Assembly (NCBI GenBank): GCA_965217895.1
Contig: CBDCJV010000002.1
Coordinates: forward strand, 4,928,001 to 4,992,000
DNA: 64,000 bases
Origin: Waterburya sp.
GTDB lineage: Bacteria > Cyanobacteriota > Cyanobacteriia > Cyanobacteriales > Xenococcaceae
Reading direction: 5' to 3'
The position numbers were made by a program, and so were the translations under genes. Below the pieces are notes generated by a model. It did no database searches, was not told the DNA's origin, and saw only the letters and a list, made by a program, of their open reading frames with translations. This document shows positions 41,020 through 52,077 of the stretch, one piece after another (within the stretch, counting starts at the first letter, position 1; the number at the start of each line of letters is the position of its first letter).

Positions 41020-41193
41020 CAGATTATTAATCGCTGAAATTTTATAGCCAAATTATAGATGCAGTCAATTCATGTTTGCGATTATTCTAGTAAATAAGAA
41101 AAATTAATTTAGCAGTATTGATTCTAGTTACACAATCAAAGATGACGACTGGACAATGCTCAATGATAAATGTTTATTTGCTCAATGTAAAAA

Positions 41194-42177
41194 ATGGCCG
41201 CAACCGACTTTAAAGATTATTACCAAGTGCTAGGTATAAATAAAGACGCTTCTGCCGAGGAGATTAAAAAAGCCTATCGTAAACTGGCGCGGAAATATCA
41301 CCCTGACCTCAATCCAGGAGATGAAAAAGCCGAAGCTCGCTTTAAAGAAATAAATGAAGCGCAAGAAATATTATCCGATCCTGAAAAACGCGCCAAATAC
41401 GAGCGATACGGACAATATTGGCAGCAAGCAGGACAAGGAGGCGCACCACCGTCAGGAAGTACTGGTACAAGAGTCAATGTAGATGTCGGCGGTTTTGATT
41501 TTAGTCAATATGGAAACTTTGACGACTTTGTTAATGATATATTAGGTCGCACTGCTAGCAGCCAAGGTAGAGGTAGCTATAGTTATCGTACCTCCCCTGG
41601 AGGCTTTGGTGGTTTTGCTGATGGCTACAGTGATATGCCTACCCAAGATAGTGAAGCTGCAATTGTCCTTACCTTTTCTGAAGCCTTTCACGGGACACAA
41701 AAACAGTTTCGCATTGGCAATGAAACAGTCAAAGTTCGCATTCCTGCTGGGGCTAAAACAGGTAGCCGTCTACGAATCAAAGGTAAGGGACAACCAAGTC
41801 CTTTTTCAGGACAGCAAGGAGACTTATATCTCAATATTGAACTACAAACCCATCCTTTGTTTAAGTTCAAAGGTGATAATTTGGTTGTCGAAATCCCCAT
41901 TACCCCAGAAGAAGCTGTATTAGGCACAGATATTATTGTTCCTACTCCAGATGGCAAAGTAACGATGAAAATTCCTGCGGGGGTTGATTCGGGACAATCT
42001 TTGAGATTGAAAGGTAAAGGCTGGCGCAAACCTAACAAACAACGTAGCGATTTGCTGGTGAAATTAAAAATTGTTACTCCCAAAGACATTAGCGATACAG
42101 AAAAAGAATATTATCAAAAGATTCAGCAGGCTAGTAGCTATAAACCCCGCAAAAGTTTGGAGAATATTAAATTATGA
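41194..42177 (+). CDS. cbpA: DnaJ-class co-chaperone (CbpA-like, no Zn finger)
   Basis: J domain HPD, G/F region, C-terminal domain; followed by cbpM-like gene. Confidence 0.85.
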   Translation: MAATDFKDYYQVLGINKDASAEEIKKAYRKLARKYHPDLNPGDEKAEARFKEINEAQEILSDPEKRAKYERYGQYWQQAGQGGAPPSGSTGTRVNVDVGGFDFSQYGNFDDFVNDILGRTASSQGRGSYSYRTSPGGFGGFADGYSDMPTQDSEAAIVLTFSEAFHGTQKQFRIGNETVKVRIPAGAKTGSRLRIKGKGQPSPFSGQQGDLYLNIELQTHPLFKFKGDNLVVEIPITPEEAVLGTDIIVPTPDGKVTMKIPAGVDSGQSLRLKGKGWRKPNKQRSDLLVKLKIVTPKDISDTEKEYYQKIQQASSYKPRKSLENIKL

Positions 42178-42467
42178 GTAGTTTGTCACGCGATGTAATT
42201 TCCCAACAGGGCGATGCTTTAATTAGTTTTGAGCGCGTCGCTACTATTACCCAAACTTCGATTACTACAATTCAGTGTTTTATTCGGCTGGGAGTAATTG
42301 AACCAGAAGGCTCAATGTTAAGACAAGAAGATACCTTGCGAGTAATAAAAATTATGCGTCTACGAAGAGACTTAGGCTTAAATCTAATAGGTGCAGCAAT
42401 GGTATTAGAGCTTACAGAAGAAAATCATCGCTTGCGATCGCAATTAAATGCTTTACGTCAGCCTTAA
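42174..42467 (+). CDS. cbpM: chaperone modulator CbpM-like
   Basis: [23 protein letters not shown] overlap with dnaJ-like gene. Confidence 0.82.
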   Translation: MSSLSRDVISQQGDALISFERVATITQTSITTIQCFIRLGVIEPEGSMLRQEDTLRVIKIMRLRRDLGLNLIGAAMVLELTEENHRLRSQLNALRQP

Positions 42468-42636
42468 GAAGTATTTACGATTAAAACAGCCAAAAGCCTC
42501 TCTATATAAGCAATATGAAGTTTTAACCATAAATAAAGATCTGTCCTTTGCTGGATAAAAAAACCTTAAAAAATGAAGAAGATAAATTATCAATTCTCAT
42601 TTATTGAGAGTGTTTTTAGATTAAGCATCAATAAAT

Positions 42637-43107
42637 ATGACAGAACATCAAAGGGCAATTGGCATTTTTGAGAATGCTTTAGATGCCGAAGTCGCACTAA
42701 AAGAGCTAGACAAGTCACACTTTTCTCTAGAGCAAGTTTTTGTAATTGCTCGCAATACAGAGAAAGAAGGAAAAATAGTAGGTACGCAACTATGCGAATC
42801 ATTACGCGATCGCTTTAAGACCCGTATTAGCAGCGTTGCTCAAGACTCGGAGATTTCTAGGGACGAAACTGTAATTAGTTTGACTAATGCCTTAATTCAC
42901 CTAGATATTCCTGTTGATACGGCGCGACTGTATAACGATTTGGTTGCTCAAGGTGAGTATCTAATCATGGTTGAAGGTAACACAGCAGATCTATTAGGTG
43001 CAGAGAAGATCTTAAATGGCTGTGGTGTTCGAGAGTGGGTTATTTACAAAATTGTTTCGGAACATCCCGAAGTAATTATTGTCGATCGCCGTACTCATCA
43101 TTCATAA
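42637..43107 (+). CDS. general-stress-protein-like hypothetical protein
   Basis: RAIGIF..AE.AL.EL and L..L.IP...A..Y....GEYLIMV pattern. Confidence 0.6.
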   Translation: MTEHQRAIGIFENALDAEVALKELDKSHFSLEQVFVIARNTEKEGKIVGTQLCESLRDRFKTRISSVAQDSEISRDETVISLTNALIHLDIPVDTARLYNDLVAQGEYLIMVEGNTADLLGAEKILNGCGVREWVIYKIVSEHPEVIIVDRRTHHS

Positions 43108-43339
43108 AATTATCGCGATTATGATTGCTTTAATATTTAATCTGTCATATTTACAGCTTTAATCTTTGAAACTATTATCTAGCTTTCTTATTGTTACTTA
43201 ATCTTTAATACATACACAAAGACATTTTGTAGTTAAATAAAAGTACTTAGAGAAGCAGATAATCAATAATTTTTAACTGGCGTGGGAATGCCTTTTAATC
43301 ATCTCAACTAAACAAAATTCAACATAGGAACAAATTATT

Positions 43340-43963
43340 ATGGCTTATACAGATCCAGTCGGAAACAGAAATACAGTGGTAGAAACAATTGCTATTCCAG
43401 ACGACCGAGATCGAATTAGGTGGGGACCTATTTTAGGTGGGATTTTTGTGGCGATCGCCACTCAGCTAATTCTTAGTGCTTTGGGTACTGCGATCGGTTT
43501 AATCACTGCTAACTCTGGTGTTGTAACTGGTATTTGGACAGTTGTTACTCTATTAATTGCTCTATTTATTGGTAGTTGGGTAGCTGCTGCTGGCTGTAGC
43601 CCGATGAATGGTAAAACAGCAATGCTACACGGATTGATTCTCTGGGCGACAACCTTAGCTCTTAGTGCTTGGTTACTTGCTAGCGGGGTATCAGGAGCTT
43701 TTGGAGTAGTAGCTTCTAACGCAGGAGAAGTATTAAATCAGGCACAACAACCTGGTGGTATTACCGTTCCTAACCAAGTCCCAAATATACCAACTGCTAA
43801 AGTAGAGAATGCGTTAGACACAGCAGCTTGGTATTTTATTATCGGCTCACTGCTAGGTCTAGCTGCATCTTTGATCGGTGCTTCTGTTGGCGCGAAAAAA
43901 CCCAGACCTGTTCGTACAGGAACAATTGCTGAACCTCAAACGCCAGAGAATCTCGCTAGATAA
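43340..43963 (+). CDS. hypothetical membrane protein
   Basis: DRIRWGPILGG, four TM helices, LHGLILWA. Confidence 0.75.
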   Translation: MAYTDPVGNRNTVVETIAIPDDRDRIRWGPILGGIFVAIATQLILSALGTAIGLITANSGVVTGIWTVVTLLIALFIGSWVAAAGCSPMNGKTAMLHGLILWATTLALSAWLLASGVSGAFGVVASNAGEVLNQAQQPGGITVPNQVPNIPTAKVENALDTAAWYFIIGSLLGLAASLIGASVGAKKPRPVRTGTIAEPQTPENLAR

Positions 43964-43981
43964 ATCTAGATAAATATTATA

Positions 43982-44003
43982 GGGGCTGTTGGTCAACAGC
44001 CCC
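43982..44003 (+). terminator. GC-rich hairpin downstream of the membrane gene
   Basis: GGGGCTGTTG/CAACAGCCCC; no U-tail. Confidence 0.45.
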
Positions 44004-44123
44004 AGGGCTATTTCATTCTTGAAAGCTTTAGCATATGTCTTCAAGACCAAAAAAGGGCAGGTTTCGTATACCTTAGTTAATTATTGTCATGACTAATCTC
44101 TAATTAATCATCTGATTCTAGAT

Positions 44124-44255
44124 TGAGTAGGCAGGCGGAATTAAACGCAAAACCAGAAACAAGATAAATTTTGATGGCGATTAGCGATCTCTCTTGTTCC
44201 CTATGCCCCAATTCTCTACTAAAGCATCTTCTAATTAATCTGACCCACCTACTTA
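44124..44255. mobile_element. degenerate MITE-like element
   Basis: Imperfect TIRs TGAGTAGGCAGGCGGAATTAA / TTAATCTGACCCACCTACTTA; no TSD seen. Confidence 0.4.
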
Positions 44256-44887
44256 TTAGGCTGGGGAGTCATTCTTAGGTAAGGCTTAATTTCCTCAACA
44301 CCTTTGGGAAATTTCTTCTTAGCATCTTCAGTAGAAATTGCTGGAGAAACCACCACATCTTCACCATCTTTCCAGTTAACAGGAGTTGCAACTTGATAAT
44401 TGTCTGTTAGCTGTAATGAATCAATTACTCTCAGGATTTCAGGAAAATTACGACCTGTACTTGGAGGATAAGTCAAAGTTAAACGTAATTTTTTATTGGG
44501 GTCAATAATAAATACTGAACGGACTGTAACTTTAGCATCCGCATTAGGATGAATCATGTCATAAAGGTCAGAAACCTTTTTGTCAGCATCCGCCAAAATG
44601 GGATAATCAACTTTTGTTCCTTGAGTTTCGTCAATATCACCTACCCAACCTTTGTGAGAATCTGCATCATCAATGCTTAAAGCAATAGTTTTGACGTTAC
44701 GCTGATCGAATTCTGATCTGAGTTTTGCTACTTCACCTAACTCAGTTGTACAGACAGGGGTATAGTCGGCGGGGTGTGAGAAAAGGACTACCCAGCTATC
44801 TCCAGCCCAATCATAAAAGGAAATTTCTCCCATGCTAGAAGCTTGAGTAAAATCAGGCACAGTATCGCCTAATCTAAGATGAGACAT
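44249..44887 (-). CDS. 1-Cys peroxiredoxin
   Basis: FSHPADYTPVCTTE, YPPSTGRN, ATPVNW. Confidence 0.95.
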   Translation of the reverse strand: MSHLRLGDTVPDFTQASSMGEISFYDWAGDSWVVLFSHPADYTPVCTTELGEVAKLRSEFDQRNVKTIALSIDDADSHKGWVGDIDETQGTKVDYPILADADKKVSDLYDMIHPNADAKVTVRSVFIIDPNKKLRLTLTYPPSTGRNFPEILRVIDSLQLTDNYQVATPVNWKDGEDVVVSPAISTEDAKKKFPKGVEEIKPYLRMTPQPNK

Positions 44888-45042
44888 TATTATAAACCTC
44901 GATATCGTTTTGCAAAAGCCGTAGTCTATCTTCCCATGAAATGAGTAATCTATACCATGGTCTTAACCCTTCTTGATAAGAGATCTTATTTCTTGATTCT
45001 GGTTGGCTTATTCGGCGATCGCCTTACAGTTAGATCATCTAA

Positions 45043-46290
45043 TTAAAAATTAGAAATTATGGGTAAATACACTGTAAAACAGCTTCCAATATCTACCTGA
45101 CTGGTAACGGTAATTTTCCCTTTATGGTTGCGAATAATTGCCTGGGTAATTGCTAACCCCAAGCCCGATCCTCCTTGGTAATAAGAGCGAGAACGATCTG
45201 CTCGCCACAGACGCTCAAAGACTAGATCGAGATGTTCCCTTTGAATGCCAATTCCCGTATCTTCTACAGTTACCATGATTTCTCGACCAAGGCGATCGCT
45301 ACTTATTTCAACTTCTCCCCTAGCAGGAGTATATTGAAGCGCATTTTGAATTAAATTAGTAAAGGCTCGTGCTAATTTAGCTTCGTCTCCAACCAACCAT
45401 AAATCATTCTCGATCTTAGCCTTGAGCTTGATTTGTTTAGTTGCTGCTTGAGATTTATACAGGTTAACCAAGTCTCTAAGTAAAGCCGTTAGATCGATTC
45501 TTTTGAACTCAAAATCAGCAACTTTATCGCTGCGGGTTAGGAGCAATAAATCTTCCGTAAGCTGGGACATTTGCTCGCTTGCCATGGCGATCGCCTGAAA
45601 TTTTTCGCCATCGCTGGCTCGCATTCCTTGAGGATAAGTTAAAGCTACTTCAGCGTTAGTACTAATTGCCATTAAAGGACTTCGCAGTTCGTGAGAAGCG
45701 TCGGCGGTAAATTGTCTCAGACGTTTAAAGCTCTCTTCAATGGGCTGCATTGCCTGAAGGTTGAGCCAGCCACTACCCAAACTACTAAGAACAAAGGCAA
45801 CAACTGCACCTACAGTTAACCCCGTATCAAGCCTGGCGATCGTTTCGTTTACTTCTTCCAAGGACTGACTGACGCGGAGATAGCCGATCAGCTGACTACT
45901 ATTACTTTTAAAGATAGGTAAGGTAACAACCTGAAGCTTAACTCCGTCTATTTGAGCGTGAGTGGTTTGATCGGCTTCAAGGGGTAAAGTAGAGATATAG
46001 CGTCTGCTGCCCTGCTGTTTAATTAATTTTCCTTGAGTATCAAACCATTGAAAAGCTTGTTGCGTCCTTTCTAACTGTTGTGGCGGAAATTCCGTTTCCG
46101 ATTCTAAATATCCCTTGTCAAACTCTGCATTAGCTGCCGTTCCTTCGGCGACTGCCGTTAGTCGTTCGCTGGCTTGGTGTCTAAGATTACGAACAAACAC
46201 CAAACGCATCGCAAAAGCAGACCCCAGAAAAACTAGAGCCAAAACAAGTAGATTAGATAAAAATAAACGATAGCGAATCTTTTGGAACAC
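45043..46290 (-). CDS. sensor histidine kinase (RppB-like)
   Basis: Two TMs, DASHELRSP, NLIQNA, DTGIG, GSGLGL. Confidence 0.93.
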   Translation of the reverse strand: MFQKIRYRLFLSNLLVLALVFLGSAFAMRLVFVRNLRHQASERLTAVAEGTAANAEFDKGYLESETEFPPQQLERTQQAFQWFDTQGKLIKQQGSRRYISTLPLEADQTTHAQIDGVKLQVVTLPIFKSNSSQLIGYLRVSQSLEEVNETIARLDTGLTVGAVVAFVLSSLGSGWLNLQAMQPIEESFKRLRQFTADASHELRSPLMAISTNAEVALTYPQGMRASDGEKFQAIAMASEQMSQLTEDLLLLTRSDKVADFEFKRIDLTALLRDLVNLYKSQAATKQIKLKAKIENDLWLVGDEAKLARAFTNLIQNALQYTPARGEVEISSDRLGREIMVTVEDTGIGIQREHLDLVFERLWRADRSRSYYQGGSGLGLAITQAIIRNHKGKITVTSQVDIGSCFTVYLPIISNF

Positions 46291-46331
46291 GATAATTAAT
46301 AGCTAATTTTGCAATGATCGAGGTTTCGCTC

Positions 46332-47027
46332 TCATCCTTCATTTTCGATCCTTTCTAGTGAACCCAGACGATAGCCGATGCCATAAACTGTTTCAATTAA
46401 ATTATCCTCACTTCCTGCTGCTTTTAACTTTTGGCGCAGGTTGGTAATGTGAGTTTTAATCGTTCCTTCTCCCGATGAGTTGTCAAATTCCCAAAGCTGA
46501 TTGAGAATAGCCGAACGGGTTAAAATTTGCTGAGGATGGCGTAAAAAGTATTCTAAGATCGAGTATTCTTTCGGGGTTAATGAAAGTGGATTACCTTGAT
46601 AGGTTACTGCTCCCGTACTTGGATTAAGCTGCAATTCCTCGTAGCCAAAAATCTGTGGTTTGAGTTCAAAACTTCTGCGGGATAAAGCCCTGATTCTGGC
46701 AGCTAGTTCTTTAAGTTTAAATGGCTTGACCAAATAGTCATCTGCGCCCGCATCTAGACCCATCACTTTGTCATCGACAGTATCTTTAGCAGTGAGCATT
46801 AGAATTAATGCCTTAGATTTGGCTGTTCGCAGACGCTTACAAAGCTCAATACCATCAAGTTTTGGTAACATCAGATCTAGCAAAATTAGGTCAAACTCAG
46901 CCCCTTGAGCATATTCCCAACCCTCCAAACCATCCCTGGCTACTTCCACTATATGACGTTCGTTTTTTAGACCTTCTATTAGGGGTTTAGCAATGCGATC
47001 GTCGTCTTCTACTAATAAAATTCGCAT
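46332..47027 (-). CDS. OmpR-family response regulator
   Basis: VEDD, LDLMLP, KPF, winged helix ETVYGIGY. Confidence 0.94.
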   Translation of the reverse strand: MRILLVEDDDRIAKPLIEGLKNERHIVEVARDGLEGWEYAQGAEFDLILLDLMLPKLDGIELCKRLRTAKSKALILMLTAKDTVDDKVMGLDAGADDYLVKPFKLKELAARIRALSRRSFELKPQIFGYEELQLNPSTGAVTYQGNPLSLTPKEYSILEYFLRHPQQILTRSAILNQLWEFDNSSGEGTIKTHITNLRQKLKAAGSEDNLIETVYGIGYRLGSLERIENEG

Positions 47028-47057
47028 AATTTTATTTCTTATTTATGGCAATCCATT

Positions 47058-47447
47058 TTAGCGACTCAAATTCTTGCACCATAAAACTAATAAAGCACCT
47101 GCCAAAAACCAAATTCCTATAATAACTACGGTTGCAGTCTGACGATAGAATTTACTCTTAGGCGATGCGATCGCTGTTTCTGCTTGACGACGACAATCAT
47201 CCATAATATCAGTTGGAATCAGCTTTAGGATCAAAGTGATTGCCAATGGTAGCAAGATCAGATCGTCCAGCAGTCCTAAGACGGGGATAAAATCGGGAAT
47301 TAGATCGATGGGACTAAGAGCATAGGCGATCGCAAAACTAGCTAAAAATTTTACGTACCAAGGAATTCTTCCATCTTGGCAAGCATAGTAAAGAGCATAG
47401 ATTTCTTTTTTAAGTTCTCTTGCTTTTTGCCGCCATTGCTTCATCAT
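47058..47447 (-). CDS. YkvA/DUF1232 family protein
   Basis: YALSPIDLIPDFIPVLGLLDD; ATG 47447 avoids overlap with the upstream gene. Confidence 0.88.
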   Translation of the reverse strand: MMKQWRQKARELKKEIYALYYACQDGRIPWYVKFLASFAIAYALSPIDLIPDFIPVLGLLDDLILLPLAITLILKLIPTDIMDDCRRQAETAIASPKSKFYRQTATVVIIGIWFLAGALLVLWCKNLSR

Positions 47448-47472
47448 TATTTCATCGTCTAAATCTTTTTTA

Positions 47473-48984
47473 TCAGTATAGAGACAAATGAAAACCTTTG
47501 TCCCAGATACCAATATAAATACCGTTATTCTTATTGCGTTGAATCACCCCTGCTAAGTTTTGAGATTCAAATTGATTTTCCGCACTTGTTTTAAAAAATA
47601 CCTGATTGATTTTATTTTCTACATCTGGTGAATAGTTTTCTAACAACAACTCTTGTACCGCCTGATGAATTGTTGCTAAATCAACAGAATCATTAAAAGT
47701 CATTTCTGTTTGGCGTACTTTTTGTGTTTTTTTATCAGCCAAATAGCTTAAGGCAACTTGGTTAGGAGCAAAATTAAAATAGGAAAATGCCTTACTATTT
47801 CCCCAATAGCCTTGGGTTTCTATACTAGGATTTCCTAAAGCATTGAATATTTTCTCTTGATCGGTGCCTACAGGAAAAATAGGTATATTTAAGCCATCGA
47901 GCGATTTGATAGGAGATGAAGTTTTAAAACCGCCAGACATAGTTTTCATTCTCTCAGTGGTTGCAGAAGAATTATCTAGTTTGTCTTTTTCTGATAGCTG
48001 GGGCAAACCAAAGTTTAATAAACTAAAAATAATGCCGATGATTCCCAAGCTCAAAAAAAACAACAGTGATACAAGCTTGATTTCAGGAGTCAAAAAAGAT
48101 TTTTTAGTCAGCCGATCATCAAAAGATCTAGAGATAAGTACAGGTTGAGAATGAAGTGCCTGTAACATTTCTTCTGCTGAGGTAAAGCGATCTTGAGTTC
48201 TAGGACAAATTGAGCGATCGATAACTCTAGCTAAATTAGTTTTTAGATCGGGTGCTTCATGCTGCCATAGCAGTTTATTGTTAAAAGAACTGTGGTTTAG
48301 CTCTGCGGGGGTTTTTCCCGTTAACAAATAAATGATTGTCAATCCTAAACTATAGAGATCGCTGGCATAAACTGACTGTCCTTTTTCTTGTTCTGGAGAA
48401 ACATATTCTTTTTGGTTAGCAAGTGCAAAACTTTCTCGATAGAATTTTTCTGGTTTTTTGGCTAATTCTTTGACACCGCCAAAATAAATTGGCACGGGTA
48501 GATAATCTTGCTTTCTGCCTTGGTGCAGCCAATTTTGTTTACGGAGTAAAATACTGCTAGGTTTTAGCTGACGATAAACAATGTCGTAACTATGAATATA
48601 TTTGAGAACTCGGAGAATACTATCTAAGATTTGCCTAGCATCTGCTTCACAGACTACACCCTCTTGCTGTACTTTTTGTTCTAGAGTAACGCCGTCGATC
48701 CATTCACGAACTAAATAGAAATCTTCCCCGTCCATAAAGCATTCATACAGTCGTGGAATTTGCGAATTTTCACCGCTCAGGCGTTTTAAAACAGTAGCTT
48801 CTTGGTTAAATAAAAGCCTCATTCCCTCTACATAAGGATTGCCTAAAATTGGTCGAAATTTTTTAATAACATAACGACAGAATGAAAATTCACTTCGATC
48901 CTTAGCCAAAAAAGTTTCGCTAAACTGATCCTTGCCTAAAGTTTGTAAAATATAGTACTTGTTTTGAATTAATTTACCTTTCAT
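47473..48984 (-). CDS. membrane-anchored Ser/Thr kinase-like protein (probable pseudokinase)
   Basis: Hanks fold motifs (VIKK, SPEQ, SDLYSLG) but YRQLKPSS and YFG replace HRDxKPxN and DFG; TM plus C-terminal domain. Confidence 0.82.
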   Translation of the reverse strand: MKGKLIQNKYYILQTLGKDQFSETFLAKDRSEFSFCRYVIKKFRPILGNPYVEGMRLLFNQEATVLKRLSGENSQIPRLYECFMDGEDFYLVREWIDGVTLEQKVQQEGVVCEADARQILDSILRVLKYIHSYDIVYRQLKPSSILLRKQNWLHQGRKQDYLPVPIYFGGVKELAKKPEKFYRESFALANQKEYVSPEQEKGQSVYASDLYSLGLTIIYLLTGKTPAELNHSSFNNKLLWQHEAPDLKTNLARVIDRSICPRTQDRFTSAEEMLQALHSQPVLISRSFDDRLTKKSFLTPEIKLVSLLFFLSLGIIGIIFSLLNFGLPQLSEKDKLDNSSATTERMKTMSGGFKTSSPIKSLDGLNIPIFPVGTDQEKIFNALGNPSIETQGYWGNSKAFSYFNFAPNQVALSYLADKKTQKVRQTEMTFNDSVDLATIHQAVQELLLENYSPDVENKINQVFFKTSAENQFESQNLAGVIQRNKNNGIYIGIWDKGFHLSLY

Positions 48985-49281
48985 TAAGGTATAAAGACAG
49001 GATAATAATAAAGAACTACATTACAGTTTAGTTAATTAAAGTTAATGACTCTATAAACTTGCATACATATCGACACAAAGTTAACTATATCTTTGAGATC
49101 GATATCTAACAAGCGATCGCTTTTGTTGTTACGACTCATCAGGCAATAGCTACGAGCTGTTTTACTTTCCGCTTAATCGACTAGAAAAAACAAATATTAA
49201 AATTTGGGAATATCAAGGTATACCTTTATATACGCAAGACGCATCAACACTAGCAACTACAGCTACAGACGATAAAATTAA

Positions 49282-50148
49282 TTAGAGGGAACGAATACGA
49301 TTTTTATAGGCTCGATCATCCAATCCATTGCCGACATTGGCGGTTTGAGGATTGATGTCTTGCTGCAAAATTTTAATGCGCTCGGTCGTAGCAGGATGAG
49401 TGCTTAAAAAAGCAGGAGGAGAACCACCTTTGCTTAACAGCTTCTGCATAAAGCCTAACATACCTGCGGGGGCGTAGTTGGCTTTAGTTATTTCTTCTAG
49501 CCCTAAGTGATCGGCCTGTAGTTCGTCAGCACGACTATTAGGACGACTAACAGCTAATTCTACTCCAATTTGGATCGCATTGCTGCGGTCTACTCCTGCT
49601 GCGGAAAGTAATCCCTGAGAAATTGCGCGATCGCGCATTTGTTTTATAGCATGACGAGCCGCAATATGACCAATTTCATGACCAATTACGCTGGCTAATT
49701 CTGCCTCATTATCTGCTGCGGCGATCGCGCCTTTGTTAATATATACATAACCACCCATAGTCGCAAAGGCATTAATGCTGTTATCATCAACTACTTGGAA
49801 AATGTAGGGAATATCTGGGCGTTGGCTAGTTTTGGCTAGTCGCTGTCCAACCTCATTTATATAGCTGTTAATAGAGGAGCTGCGGTATAATTTGACTTGA
49901 CCAGAACTTATTAGCTCTTGATTGATGCCTTTTCCTAGCTCTTCCTCTTGGGCATTAGAAATATTTGATATTTGAACTATTTGAACTCCCCGAATCATTA
50001 ATTCTAGCCAGGAAATAGCATAGCTAGGTTGAACATTGCCCAAGCCAATACCGACGGTAATCATAAAAGTAATTGAACCAGTGGCTAAACGGCGACAAAA
50101 ACGATGAGAAAAGCGACAATATTGCTGGGACATTGGGTTGAATAACAA
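49282..50148 (-). CDS. M48 family metallopeptidase
   Basis: INAFA, HEIGH, SR..E..AD, LSTHP. Confidence 0.92.
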   Translation of the reverse strand: MLFNPMSQQYCRFSHRFCRRLATGSITFMITVGIGLGNVQPSYAISWLELMIRGVQIVQISNISNAQEEELGKGINQELISSGQVKLYRSSSINSYINEVGQRLAKTSQRPDIPYIFQVVDDNSINAFATMGGYVYINKGAIAAADNEAELASVIGHEIGHIAARHAIKQMRDRAISQGLLSAAGVDRSNAIQIGVELAVSRPNSRADELQADHLGLEEITKANYAPAGMLGFMQKLLSKGGSPPAFLSTHPATTERIKILQQDINPQTANVGNGLDDRAYKNRIRSL

Positions 50149-50294
50149 TTAATTTAAAGAAAACAAGTGCTATAAGTAACTACCTTGCAAAAAATATGAC
50201 GGTGTATACACTTGTAAAGTTGCACTGCGTCTTGGCAAAATTCCTAAAAAAAGCCACAGGAACTTTGGTTGTTCCAATTAAATTAATTAGAGAT

Positions 50295-51428
50295 TCAAGA
50301 AAAATCTATTTGTAAAATGGATAAATCATCTTCAAATTGAAAATTAGGATGCCAGCTTCTAACGTACTGTAGTAAACGTTTTAAGTCTCTTTCGGGTGTT
50401 TGCTGATATTTTTTTAGTAAATTAATTAATCGATCTAAACCCCAATGAGAATTAAGCTGTTGCTCCACCTCATAAATTCCATCGCTGAATATGTACAGGC
50501 TAGAGTTTGCCACAATTTCACACGAAGCATTTACATACTGAATATTGGGAAACATCCCCACAGGTACTCCTGGAGTCTTGAGACGCTGTTCTGTAGATCT
50601 CAAGCTTGGGGTTAGTAGAATTGCAGGGGGATGCCCAGCACTAGAGTAAGTTAAGCTACGGTTTTGGCGATCGTAAACACCATACCAGATAGTAAAATAT
50701 TTATCATTGCGATCGCTCATCTGAAAAGCCTGGTTCAATCCTTTCAGCACTGAGTCTGGTTGATAATAATCGACGTTGCTCAATCCACGGGATCTTAATA
50801 GATTAACTACCGCCAAAGAAGGCAAAGAAGCCCTCAAGCCATGACCTGAAACGTCTAAAAGATAAAAGACCATATGGCGATCGTCTAACCAAAAATAATC
50901 AAAACTATCCCCTCCTAATTGTCGTGAAGGAATAAAGCAAACATCAATGCTTAAAGACGGATGATGGAGAGGCTCTGGTAAAATTGTACTAACATATTCG
51001 GCTGCTTCAGCTAATTCAGCTTCTAATAACTGTTTTTGACTTTGCAGATCTTTGCTTAGTTGATGTAAACGCAATCCTGCTCTAACTCTAGCTTTTAGTT
51101 CATTCATCTCGATTGGCTTACATAAAAAATCATCCGCACCAGCATCCAAACCTTTAACTCGATCTTCTACTGAATCTAAAGATGTAAGCAGAATAAAAAA
51201 GGTAGTGGACAATTCAGGAGTGGATTTAATTTGACTACACACCTCTAAACCGTTTTTGCGAGGCATAATCCAATCACAAATAATTAGCGCAGGACGAATT
51301 GTTTTGGCTTTGATTAGTCCTTCTTCACCATCACTTGCCAAGGTGATATCATAACCCTGCATATTAAGAGTTCTCTTCAAAAGTAGTTGAGTTGTAAAAT
51401 CATCGTCAATAATCAGAATTTGAGCCAT
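50295..51428 (-). CDS. receiver plus PP2C (SpoIIE/RsbU-like) phosphatase
   Basis: N-terminal REC domain; GGD, DVSGHG, SAGHPP, SDG, DD. Confidence 0.92.
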   Translation of the reverse strand: MAQILIIDDDFTTQLLLKRTLNMQGYDITLASDGEEGLIKAKTIRPALIICDWIMPRKNGLEVCSQIKSTPELSTTFFILLTSLDSVEDRVKGLDAGADDFLCKPIEMNELKARVRAGLRLHQLSKDLQSQKQLLEAELAEAAEYVSTILPEPLHHPSLSIDVCFIPSRQLGGDSFDYFWLDDRHMVFYLLDVSGHGLRASLPSLAVVNLLRSRGLSNVDYYQPDSVLKGLNQAFQMSDRNDKYFTIWYGVYDRQNRSLTYSSAGHPPAILLTPSLRSTEQRLKTPGVPVGMFPNIQYVNASCEIVANSSLYIFSDGIYEVEQQLNSHWGLDRLINLLKKYQQTPERDLKRLLQYVRSWHPNFQFEDDLSILQIDFS

Positions 51429-52077
51429 AGTAAATTGATAGTTTTCTTATCTGATGACCGAAGGTAATGGCAGTCATTGCCTACTAAGCTATAAAGCAGT
51501 AAGACTTTTAGAGCTTATGTCAAGTGTGACGCTCCTGCCTCAAAGAAGCTTTATGTCCATTAGCTAGGAAAATCCCATTCAAGGGCGTGTCTTAAGTTTA
51601 GGCTATGGTGCTTTAAACAGAAACTGAGTGGTGAATTAAACGGTGTACTCAACTATAGAGGATAAAAGAGCAAATTTGAGCGTCAAGTTTTTGATGCGCG
51701 TATATCTGGCTGAACTCTTTAGGAGGTCTGACTTCTAATGGCTATGTGACCATACGTTTCATCTATCTACTTGTCAAAAGCCGATAAATTTGTCTCTAAG
51801 CAAAACATAAAGTTGTCTTGTTAAACTATAGATAAAATACTAATCAAGAATTATCCATATTTCTATAACCTTGAGAATACTAAAAGAAAGAAAAAATACA
51901 AGAGACATGAGAATTAAATTACCAATTAATTACCGTCTGTTCATGTAGATAACGTTAGTTGGGTTAAAACAATTTTGACGGTGATCTTACTAAGGAATTG
52001 TCTTTTCAGTCAACCAAAAGTAAGGCTTTTAGCTTATCTAGAACTTAAGTTAGATAGTCATCATAAAACAAATACTG

